Below are positions 13,796 to 25,400 of a stretch of DNA of 64,000 bases, one piece after another. Source of the stretch: Amphiscolops sp. MND2022 (taxonomy: Eukaryota); assembly GCA_964187785.1 (NCBI GenBank), contig OZ076413.1:44084001-44148000 (forward strand). Direction: 5' to 3'. Numbering within the stretch: the stretch's first letter is position 1; each line of letters starts with the position of its first letter. A program made the translations under genes and the position numbers. Below the pieces are notes generated by a model that worked only from the letters and a program-made list of their open reading frames with translations, was not told the DNA's origin and did no database searches.

Positions 13796-14385
13796 TTCAT
13801 CGAAAAATAGTTCAAAAATTTTCTCAAGTTTGCTCCTAATTTTAGACTAAATTTTATTTCTCTCAAATAACTTTTTTGTATTGAAACGAGCAAATGTATG
13901 AACAATGGCCATGGCCAATGGCTGCAGCCCAAATAAGTTAGCAGAAGCAAAAGATTTTAATGGATGGCAAAGTTGTCGTTCATATGTTCATATTGAGATA
14001 ATCGGGCAAAACAGTCGCTTTGATTGAATTCAAGATGTATGCTATTCATTCAGGTAATTGATTACTTCAGCCCATATTTCATACAGAAAATTTGACCTTT
14101 CAGTCGCTTTTTTTTCGAAATTTTTCCATGTTCTAAGTTTTTACTCAAACGTTAGATTTCCTTCCGCTGAATTAAGGGACTAAAAAGTATCGTCTAATAC
14201 ATTCGAGCTTCAAGATCATGCTGCCGCTAAAATAAACCAGGACGGAAAATCAATGCGGAACAGAACAACCAATTTTGAACAGAGGAAAACGTCTGATTTT
14301 CAAAACAAGACAAAATAGCCGGTTATTTCAAACGGGACAAATTAGCCGATTTTGAAAGTAAGAGAAGATAGCCCAATTGAGTTAA

Positions 14386-15523
14386 TGTCGGAACGACTGT
14401 TGGTATTGGTAGTAACCACATTAAGTCTGTTCCCTTCTCCATTAACGGAGGCTAACTGATTAGTTAAACTAAGTACAATGTCCGTAAGATCTCCGATTTG
14501 TCTATTTATTTCGTTAAACCGATAATCTATGTCATAGTTATTGTTATTCTGACGCCTGGTTAATACGTCCTCAGAGTCAAGGTCAGCAATTTGATCTCTC
14601 GATAAGACATCAGGGAAACTAGTTTCGTTTTCACTATCGCTTGACCTGTCCATAATTCCGTTTTCTGTCCGTCTGTTTTGATTACTTTGGAATCTGGTAG
14701 TTACCATAAAGAGGTTGGAGACTATAAGTTTGAATTGAAGTGTGTTAGGTTTAAGTAAGAATTGATGATTTCAAGGTACGGTAGTAAGCAACTTGTATCG
14801 TCAGAAGTTACAATTCGTGTGTTTTCGGTATTGCCCGATTGAGTAATTATAAAAGTGTGTTAGCACCTTCCCTTTTAGCCAATGACGTTCAATCTACTAA
14901 TTGTTGTTTAATTGCACTTGACGACTGCAACTACCAGTCGTCGCGGGTGATAATAGGTGTTTAATTACTTTTGCTTGATGTGGTATGACCGCAAGCACCA
15001 GTCATTTCCGTGTTCGATTAACTCAATTACCTCTTAAACTGAGGCTTTACTACCGTGTATCCTTATCATCATAGTGACTGCTTTAAATATCGTTTTGAAG
15101 TAATTTACTAATGGATACTGCACTAATTACTGATATAAATAGACGAAATGTTGTGAAATGATTGAGTATTCTAGTAATACTTTACATGTAATATAAAAAG
15201 TGTAAAAAACAATGGTTAAACGATGCACTATCACGATAGCTGATGACTGATTGTTTCAGTCGTACATGTATAAATCATCTGCAATGACTGGATATTCCAG
15301 TCCTGGTTTTTAAACGATGCACAATAACATGGATGGATGTTTAAACGATGCACAATAACATGAATGGATGATTGTTGGTTTCAGTCGTTATGTGTTCAAC
15401 TGTATTGTTCGGCAATTAAATTACTGTAATGTATTTACATGATGATTTGTATTTTAGGGAGTTTGATGTATGAATTGGTATTTTAGGGTTCATTTATTTC
15501 CTTCATGCTTGGCAGGCATGACA
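14386..15523 (-). repeat. 3' LTR of element C
   Basis: Direct repeat of 28459-29596, preceded on the minus strand by the PPT. Contains a tandem ~31-bp repeat (TTTAAACGATGCACAATAACATG..). Confidence 0.97.
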
Positions 15524-15537
15524 TTCCCCCCCTTTTT
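15524..15537 (-). promoter_or_regulatory. Polypurine tract of element C
   Basis: Minus strand AAAAAGGGGGGGAA directly abuts the TG of the 3' LTR. Confidence 0.9.
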
Positions 15538-16332
15538 GAGAGAGAGCGAGCTGTAGGGGTAATGGGAAAGGTGAACGACTGAGTTGAGTGGTAGTAGGTG
15601 GTTGAGTTTAGAATTGAACAGCGGCTGAAGTGGCGTGCGAGGTATGGAAGAACGTGTGGGTGGCAATGTAGTGGCTGAGACTTTCGGAAGCATGAATGGA
15701 CAAGGTGAGGTAGGCAAACAGTGGGTAGTCGGAAGTTGAAGTTTATTTATAGTAACAGTTTGACAGCCACGTCATCCGTTTAGTGCGCATAGAGTGTAAT
15801 GTTTGTTTAAGCAACTTTTCATCGATCATCGGCAGTTGATTGATTTGTTGCGTTGTTGTAGAGTGAGTCAGTTGCTTGCTTTATTGCTTTTAAAATTGAT
15901 ATTGGTCCTGTTTATACTTGTCCTTATCCATCTTCGTTTTGTCAACCGTTGGTGTTGCTCATTCTTCCACAATAATAAAGGTAGTGCGATTTTTGTTTTT
16001 CCCAGTTAGTCCTGTATTTTCCGGGTATCGATTAGGCGGTTAACTCGGGAGGGAATATATGTACTGTTATGGCTAGGGAAAACTTGACTGCGTTCTCTCT
16101 GCTGATTAGCATTTGATATCCTGTGGGTGGAGTCGTGAATATGATTCCGCGAATGTCCGGTAATTACTTGGGTAGACCGTTTGATAGGGTGGGTTAGGTG
16201 TCCATTATATATTGATATAGGTGATCAGTCTATAACAATAAGAAATGGAAGAATGAGCTGTTGCAGTCGAGTCGCCGTCGCCATTTTATTGTTATCCCCG
16301 ATCGTGTCGTGTGTTACCTTATCGCTCCGACA

Positions 16333-19300
16333 ATGTCCGATGAAGAAGGAGTTTTATCCTTTAGTGGTGAGCTCTCTGCATTAGTTGCTGAAGTCGAGGA
16401 CCAAATGGCTGCAGGTAATCCCCCGTTAGATGAGAGTGGGAGTGGACTGGATTTATCTGCAGTGCTGATGGAGAACAATCAGTGTTGCCAGTTCGCTGCG
16501 CGGGTTTCTGCGTCAAACGTTGGGGATCTGGGTTGCTTGTTGGATGTCGTGCTTTCCCAGGAATTTGGTAAGTACTGGTTTTACATTTACTTTCTCCATA
16601 AGAGCTAGGCCTGAGCTATTCTGTCGTGGGGTTGCGTTCCGTGGATGCTGATCCCAGAACAACTGGAGCGTCTATGTCATCTCTGTTGTTGAGACTGTTC
16701 ACTATTTTTGTAGCTGATGTCAACATGACCGAGTTAGTCTCCTACTTGCGTCAGTTTCGATCTTCCGTGGCTACTGGGTCCTCCGGGAGTGCTGATTTGG
16801 ATTCTGCTCCCATCTTGCGTCGTTTGGATGCTTTCCTCTCTTCGCATCTCGGTGGGTGCATTTGCGTTTACTGTTAAGCTAAGATATATGTTGGGGGGGT
16901 CTTCTTCCATACCAGCGCCTGCAGTATACGGTTGCTGTTCTCTACTCAGTTGATGATAGGCGTCTTCGTTCGTTCGGTTCTAAGTAGGTGCTGAAAATTG
17001 TTGGTTGCTTTGTAGATGCCAACGTTCGGGCTGACGTCATTGTGGGCCAGTTCACGGAGTTGTTCCAACGTGTGGAACGAGAAATTCAACAGTGGGTCAA
17101 GGCAGCTGTTGAATCAAGCCTTGGCAAGCTAGGAACGGTGGGTGCTCTCGCCGTTGAGGAGTTCCTTGGAAAACTGAAGGGGGCACTGCAGGAACTCGGT
17201 CAATCGTCATTCTCTCCTTGTGTGGGTGATGTTCTTCCGCGCTCGTCATCTGTCGCTGGCAGTGTAGCTGGATTTGAGAGTCGCCGGACATGTGTGGACT
17301 CGGACGTGCCGCCATCAGACTTCGGTGAACGGAGTGTGGCTCCATCTGGTGCTCCATCTTCCTCTGGCGTTGCGACGACTTCAAAACCTGGTAATGAATC
17401 TCACAAGATCATGCGAGGGGGTTTTAGTAGTAATTTGGGGGGGGGGGTTGGTAGTTAACTAAGGACTAAGTACAAACACAGTTTTTTTTTGTTTTTTTTT
17501 GGAGTTTTTGTAAGTTTCTAACGGGTGTTATTGATGTTATTTCAATTGGTATTTCTTGTATTTACAGGGCGAAAACGTGCGATCAAGACGCTAAAGCCGT
17601 CCTTCTTTGTCTCCGGCGTCGTGGGGACCTTTGTTGGTTTCCCAAGACACAAGCGCGTCATCGATGGCTATGCTAGATGTCGTTTGTGCCGGGTAGACCT
17701 CAGCATTGCGGGACGTGGGCTCCACAACTTGTGGGACCACTGGAAGGGGCGAGAGCACACTCGCCTCGAGCAGCGCTTTCGTATCATGTCCAATAGGCCC
17801 CTGTTGGACAAGTCGTGCAGGCCTGTTTCAGTAGAGGAGGACCGGAGGATCCGGGCAGAAAGAATGTCGGAGCCCCCTGTCATTCTGGAGTCCGAGTTTA
17901 GATTGACCGTTGAGGAGCGCGTGGCCATCGAGATCGAGGAGGAGGCTGCTGGCGCAAAACCGAAATTGGCTGAGACGAGTGCAGCATACCTTTGGCTATG
18001 CTGCTTCATTAATGGTTTTGTGGAGTTGCGTGACTTTGCCAGTGTGACCCGCTTCGTCGAGTCATGGTCAGGCAGTATGCGGGGTGAAGTCGAGTTTGCT
18101 GAGCGTGCACTGTCATACCCTAAGTGTCAGGTAATACCTTTTCTTTGTTGTTGTCTTGCGTTTCTTCTACAGCTAGGTGTTGTGTTGTATTTTGCTTGTT
18201 TGTGTGTTGTTGTTGGATGGTTGCGTGATTGATAGGGTGTATCATTGTTGTTTTTTGTTTTAGAGTCTTGTCTTGTACGGATTATATCCGTTTGTGGTTG
18301 AGAAGCTTGGTGACCTGCTGTCCTCAGGGGTGCGCTTTGGGCTACATGTCCACGTCGATGGGGCTATGCGGAGGCTGGATTGCCATATTTTTGATGGACT
18401 GTCAGTGAAAGTTGTTGTGCTGGCCGTGATCCCGGGCGGGAGCGAGTGGGAACGATCCCTTCTCAAGGTCGTGATGTCTCTGCTGTCTTGTGTGGAGTCA
18501 TACCGAGGTCTAGCTGCAGTGAGTGTGGGCGGGAATCTACGTTTGGGACGTGCCTTTGCCAGTGTTGCGCATCCAGCTATGCCTCTTGTCACCCGTCGTT
18601 TCGATGCTGAGTGGCTCACAGATCTGTTGCGTCGAAAATTCATTGAGGAATCGAGTGGGCTGGAACCATTCAGCATTCTAGAATACTTTCGTTTTCGATT
18701 GGCAGCGGTGATTGAAGACTCGGCCTTCGATAATATGCCTGGACTACGCGAGGTTGGTTCATTTTGCTTTATGTTATGTTGGTTGGTCTGCTTCTTTCTT
18801 GTAGGAGGGGGGGGGGGTCGAAGGTGGAGGTCTACTTTGCTTCTTCCTGGCTTGAGTAATTAGTGGTGTGTTGTTTCTTGCTGTGTGGTTTATTGGTTTA
18901 ATTTTCCTGATATCACTGTTTTAGTTCGTGCGTGGTGGCGTCAATCAGTTTCGGGAGTTGTCTACACTGAGTGCGGAGTTGGTCGAGCGGTGGGATGACC
19001 TGGGGGCGTACTTTGGGGTCCATCGGGCGAACACTAGTGCTGAGACGTCGAACATTGCGAGCATGGAAACCCAGGTTTTCAATGACGCTATGACGCGACC
19101 CCGCTTTGCTGTCCTGAAGTTTCTAGCGGAGACTGGTTAGTATTGATGTTTATTCGTTCTTGTTTTTGGTTGTTTCTGTGAGGGTTCTTGTGTGTCCTTT
19201 GTTCAGTTCGGTCTTGGCATCCTGGTTCTTACGTGGGTGTGTGTGAGTTGTCGGCACGTTGGTTGATAATCGATTTTGTGTTTTAGTTGTAGCGAAGTGC

Positions 19301-20574
19301 CCTCGGCTGTGCAGCAGTGGCAGGGACCGTAATCTCTGGTTCGAGAGAGAGCTGGCAGCCTTTTTGCGTGTTTTGTTGTCAATGGTGGTCAATCCCGAGA
19401 CGATCCCGCCAGAGTTCGAGGTCTTGGCTGTCCTGAAGCTGAAGATCAGTGAGAGCGTCCCTGTTGACAAGGCACGTTATCAGGCCTTGTTTGGGCAGTA
19501 TTTCCGTTGGGACATTAGTAGCCAAAAGCCTTTTTTCTACAAAGAGGTACAAAACTTCTGCGCTCTGTTTGTGAGGCATGTGTTGCTGACTTCGACCAGG
19601 GGTGGGTGAGACACCTTAGCCTACTGCCCTTCGATCCTTGTGCCATACAGTCCTGTTCTATGGATCGCCTGACAGACCTCTTAGTGGGTACGTTGTCCGT
19701 CCTCAGTTTCGGGGATTTGTGTAGTGGGGATAATGGAGCTATTATCGTGCAGCAGTACCGAGAAGCAGTTAGTTACTTCCAACGCCGGTGGGAATCGATC
19801 GTCGCAACTGTGCCGGTTATCGAAGATGCCGTTTCCTTATGGCTGTCGAACCCCTCATGGGACCGGTGCCCAGAGTTGCGTGGCGTCATCGAGGTTCTGT
19901 TCGTCGGGATGTTGCATGCTGATTATCGAATCGATTTTTGTGATGTCGGCAGTACAGTGCTGGAGAAAGGCATCATGCTATCCAGTTTGCATCTCGTGAG
20001 GAGCTGGATGTCGAGCGGATTTGTCGGACATTCCCGTCTCTCAATGATTGGCTTTGTCCGTCATTGTAACTCCACGGATATGCAGGCTTCCCGGTTGAAT
20101 GACAGTGTTCGGTCTATCCCGTGGGATCAGTTGGTCAAACGTGATGCAGATGAACTGCTCAGTCGGTCAATTGCAGTTCTGGAATCAACTGGGGGTCTCC
20201 CGTCTCGGCCTGTTGTCGATGACTACCGATCAGTTGTTTGTGATCAACTGAGATCACTGGAGTCCTGTCCTGTCGTCAGTCGCCGAAGTCCAGCTAAAGT
20301 GAATGGCTCTGCAGCTCAGATGCCACGTCTGCAGACTGAGGTTGTCGTGTCAACTCCTGCCCCGGGTCCATCGGGATCGAAACGGAAGGCTGCAAGTTCG
20401 AAGTCGTCTGAGCAGGGAGGTAATCGAGGCCAAAGAACCGGAGGGCGTCCCGATAAAAAAGGACGGAAAACATTGGCGCACATCAGCGAAGGGGCAGGGC
20501 AGACGCGTCGGCGCTCTTTTACTATCGAAGAAACTAGCAACGAGGATGGATCCTCCCACTCAAAGGAGTATTAG
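16333..20574 (+). CDS. Antisense 7-exon cargo gene of element C: BED-type zinc-finger, hAT-transposase-derived protein (about 1099 aa if one 1-nt frameshift near 19600 is repaired; 777 aa as written)
   Basis: Exons 16333-16567, 16714-16851, 17016-17390, 17568-18130, 18264-18752, 18925-19135 and 19287-20574. Six GT..AG introns of 133-177 nt with phases 1,1,1,0,0,1 all join in frame. Motif ARCRLCRVDLSIAGRGLHNLWDHWKGREH is present. Confidence 0.8.
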
Positions 20575-22433
20575 TAGTAACTCTGTAAACTTTTTTGCCA
20601 ACTTCTTTGTGTTTGCTGATATATATTCCCCTTGTTTTGTTTTTGTAATTAGTCACTTTGTCTCATTTCGGTACTGTAGTTTATTAGTATTCAGCTCTTT
20701 TGGTAATTGAGTTTTGGTGGATGCTATCACCGCAGTACTGTTATTTTTCCTTAGTACTAGGCTTCGAAGGTGTCACAAGTGGATTTTTCGCTAGTTCTGC
20801 ATGTGTCCAAAAAGGAAAGAAATTTTTTCGTTATGTTGTGATGACTGGATGTACTTGTCGTTTTTGTTCGTTAGTCTAAGCTATTCTAGGGGTAGTTTTT
20901 TGTCGTGTTACATGCGACTTAAAATTGTATGGCGCTTCTGCTGACTCCTGATGTTTTTTGTTTTTACATTTCTGCTTGGTGCTAGGCTAGCTTTGTCGTT
21001 CTTAAGTGTGTGTATGGGGTCACCCATACCTCGCTATGATTTCATGTAAACTTACGTCTTAATTGTTATGTCGTTGTTTGCGAATTTCATGGAAGGTTTC
21101 GTATTGGTTATGGTGGTCACCGCGGTAACCACCAACATAAAAATTGTTCACGTGCCAAGCTGTGCCGTGCATGGTACTCGAAAGTCAAGCCCTCCTATTC
21201 GTTGTTAGTGAATGCTCGATGATGGTAACGAGACAGGGTGACTGTGGCCTTCGGTCCTTAGCACCGCGCCGCGAGGTACGTGACTGAGCAGCTCGCTCAT
21301 TTCAAAGACCGAAATTCCAAGTAGTGTATCCTTGGTTTGATGCATGACTTTTTAGGTGTGCATGTAAGGTTTATGTTAATGTTCGTAAGGACTAATTTTC
21401 ATGTATTTTAGTGTGTTTCGATATATTACATGTAGCGTTCCTGTGGACTCGATCTCATCATCGTTGATGTGTGTCCTGGGACGTCATCATACGTGATGTG
21501 TGTCGGCAAGATCGCGCGTTCTTATGTTAACTGCAGTGTTACTAATTTGTTAGGCTGAGAAGGATGTACATGTTCAGGTCTCGTCGGCAAGTAGCTTTTT
21601 GGGGCCGCGTACTCGTTATTCTTTTCCCTATTGAGGCGAGTCTTTCGCATCTTAGGATACGTTTTAAGGGGCCGGGCGTTCATTGTTTTCAGGAGTAGGT
21701 AAGTTCTTGTTCCTACCGGTGTTTTGTTAGCTTTTAGAGCTTGGTTTTTTGTTTGGAAGTTTAGTTCATTGGAAAAGGTGAATTCCCGTCGGAACCACCT
21801 ATGCAAAACTAACACTGAATCCAGTTGCTAAAGAGCAACCTTCATCTGTATGTATGACCAACCACACAAGCACGCTTTTTGACGACGCACCCACACAGCC
21901 AGGACTATGCGTCTAAAGTGAAAAAGGTGGAGTATTGGTTGTGTTGTCCTAACGTTTGCCAGGCAGCAGATCATCATTGTTAGTTTGTTGCTTTTTTTTG
22001 GGAACGTTGTTTTCGTTCACGTTTCGTTTGCGGTGTTTTGACAGTTCGCTAAGTGGAATATTTCGTTTCAACTGTAGATGTGGTAAGTTTGGTGCGAATT
22101 GAATAAATTAGCGTTCGCAATTTTGCGCGCTACATGTACTTCCGGACCGCGAGTGTTGGAATGATAGGCGTGTGCAGTCGTTACTTTACCATTTGCTTGT
22201 TCCGCTAGTGGTTGATGCTGATAAATTAAATAGTTTACACAGCGACAACGGAAGGGAATGGTCGTTTAATCATGTTAATTGGAGTGTTTGTTAGGTCGTT
22301 CAGAATTTCCGCTATTGTTTGTTGAATGCTTGGTGTACTAGGGTGTAATTGTAAAACAATTACCTTTATGGTCAGATGAAAAGGCTGTTGATGACTGCTG
22401 TTAGCAGTCGTTGGTTTTTATGGTTGTGTGTTT

Positions 22434-25400
22434 TTATAGGTTTCTGTTTTTCAGAAGCAGCTGTTGAAGCGAAGGCGTTCCGTGTAGTTCGTGCATCAGG
22501 AAGTCAGGGTACGTGGTAGGTTTTGGGTTGTGTCTGAGTCCGTACCGAGACATAGTGTGTCGTGATGTCGGTGGAGGGCGGTCATTTGTTTGATATTTAT
22601 TGTTGTTTGTTTCAGAATTGTTCGAGGTAACGGTGTCTGGTTGTGGTACTTGTGTTTCAGCTTGGCTTTCAGGTATGGAAATGTTTTGATCTGGTTCTAT
22701 GCTTTGTCGTTCGTAGTATATCATTCCATGGTCGGCCTGTAGTTCTTCGAAGTCCGATTGTTCAGGGATTGCGTGTTGTGGTTGTTCGTGAGCAGGATTT
22801 GGTAGGTGATTGTCGAACAGCTCCTGTTCGTTGAGGGCATCAGGATCTTCAAAGTATTGTGATGAATTGTCTTGAATGTCTTCAATTGGTGCGTTTGGTG
22901 TAAATGGGCGGAGCCTCATTCTGTGAACGCATTGAGTGCGAAGAGTTCCAATCTTACGTATAATGTAATTTGAATTGGACAAGACTTTGACCACTTTGTA
23001 TGGGCCTTCCCACTTGAATTCCTTGAATGGAATTTTGTCAGATTGTTGAGACAGTCTTTTGTTTAGCAGAAAGGTGAAGTCATTTACTTTCAGAGGTGAA
23101 GCTTGCGCTTTTCGGTCGTAGTAATTCTTGTATTTGTGGAAGGCTTCGATTATGTTGTCATGTGTTTGTTGGAATTTTTTGTTCATGTTATCGAGTATCC
23201 CAGTGACATCGGTAGTGTTGCGTTGTTCAGTTAGTGGGTTTCCGAATTTGACATCGAGGGCATTGAATGGAACACGTCCGTGGAAAATTTCAGTGGGTGT
23301 ACATCGAATAGCCTGGTGGTAGGTTGTGTTATGGGCCATTACGGCCATGTTGACGTATTTATGCCATTGTGGTGAATCAGCTGAGATGTTAATTTTAAGG
23401 ATTTGCTTTAGTCTCTGGTGAGAACGTTCAACCATTCCGACCGTTTGCGGGTGTTTGACAGATGCGTGTGCGATTTTTATACCGGCAGACTCCATCAGGG
23501 AGTTGAACAGTTGGGCTGTGAACGTTGATCCTTTGTCTGTTAGGATTGTCTTGGGTACGTAGGAATGTTGTGTAAAAATTTGCATAAGCGCTTCTACGAC
23601 CGACTTTGTGTCCGGTTTACGGATAGGTATTGCGAAGAGGTACCTAGAAAAGTAGTCGCATGCAGTGAGTATGTGTGTGAATCCGTTGGAGGGTGGGAGT
23701 TCACCGACTAAATCAATTTCTAGTATGTCTTCTGGTCCGTTACAAGGGTCATATATTTGTTGGAGTGGTGGTGTGATTTCAGCTTTTCGGATTGGTTTTG
23801 AGCGGATGCAGTCCTGACAGTTCGAGACGTATTGCAGTACCAGTTCAGAGAGGTTCGGGGAGTAGTACCTTTTACGTAGCTCGTGGAGCATTTTATTACA
23901 ACCAGGGTGACCTTGCAGAGGGTCATCGTGCAAAGATTGGATGATTTTTTGGATAGTTTCAGTAGGTGTGACAATTTGTTTACACTTAATTTTACCTGTA
24001 CCATCGAAAAAGTTCCTGTACAAAACGTTGTTCACTACTTCAAGTCTTTTCTTGTTTTTGACTAGTTTTTGGAAAAACTGACTTTCAAAGTTCACATGAT
24101 TAGGAAGGGTTTCCTTTTGATTCAAAATTCTAATCATGCGTTGGATGTCAAGGTTTACGAGTTGATCCTGGATGATTTGAAACTCCCCATTGGGGCATAC
24201 CTGGTTTACCACGTTGTCATGAAGCTTTCGCCTGAATCGGGTGAACGTCATCTCGTCATGTTGCCCTGTGATGATGGGTGTGATCTGATGACGGATGGTT
24301 TCTATCCTCTCGCGAAACTGTCCACTCGATTCGTCACTGCACATGGGGACCTGGTCCAGTATGGCGTTGATGGCTTCATTTTGTTTGGTGGTGGTGGTTT
24401 GTTGGTCATCAGGTATGTATTCTTCTTCTTCTTCGTCCTGCTTCGGTGTCCGTGACGCCAGGTCGATCTCGACGTGAAAAACTGGTATCTCGTCGTTGAG
24501 TTTGAGGTGGATTCTCTCCTCTGGTCGTATGTCAAGACGAGACAGGTAGTCTGCAGCAGGATTCTCAGTTCCAGGAACATGGGCAAGTACGAATTCGAAT
24601 TGAAGCGTCTGATCGCAGTAATTCCATAGCTTCGGGGGAATTCGTTTGGACTGGAAAAAACGGGTCAGTGCTTTATTGTCCGTCATTACAATTGTTGGTT
24701 TCTTGACACCCCAGAGTATGTGTGCGAATTCGTCGAATGCGAAATGCATCGCCAGGAATTCTTTCGCATACATTGTAAGTGACATTTGGCCCTCCGTGAA
24801 TCGTTGGGATCCAAATGATACTGGTGCGTACGTCTTCATTGGTCCGTCGTTAGTTTCGGTGTAGTCTTCTATCAGGAGGACATATCCTGCCGCGTGCTCA
24901 CCGGCGTCACACATTATAACAAGTTGTTTGTCGGGTAATGGTAGGCGTAGTGAGAGTTTCGCAGCTTTGGCAAGGTTTTCGTTAATCTCGAAAATGATGT
25001 CCTTGTGTTGTTGGTTCAGTTGGAATTTCACATCTTTCTGTAGCAGTTTGTACAGTGGGGTGAGCTTTTCTGCCAGGCGTGGTATGTACTGCCTGTAGAA
25101 CTGGACAAACCCGATGTACCTTTGGAGGGATTTGACTGATGTGGGTAGTTTGATCTTTTTGAGGAAGTCATCAATTTTGTCTTCGAGTGGGGCGACACCC
25201 TTTGATGTGATGCTTCTCCCAAGGAAATCAATTTGTGGGTGGCCAAACGCACATTTTGCCATTGATAGTTTCAATCCTGCTTTCTGGATTTGCTGGAACA
25301 CAGCTTCAATGTTGGACAGTAGTTCATCAACGGTGTGGGCAGCAATCCCAATGTCATCGACATATTGCGCGCATTTGTCCGCTTTCACGAGTGCATCAAC

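Noticed and set aside
15239..15275. CTGATGA followed by a hairpin in the element C LTR as a hammerhead
   Set aside because: No GAAA follows stem II, so the core is incomplete.
15600..21500. Independent nested hAT transposon as the explanation for the cargo gene
   Set aside because: No TIRs or 8-bp TSD were found by eye, the catalytic residues appear absent, and base skew matches the retroelement. Disfavoured but not excluded until other copies are compared.
15524..22433. env gene in element C
   Set aside because: There is no long sense-strand ORF, signal peptide or TM anchor; the coding signal is on the antisense strand.
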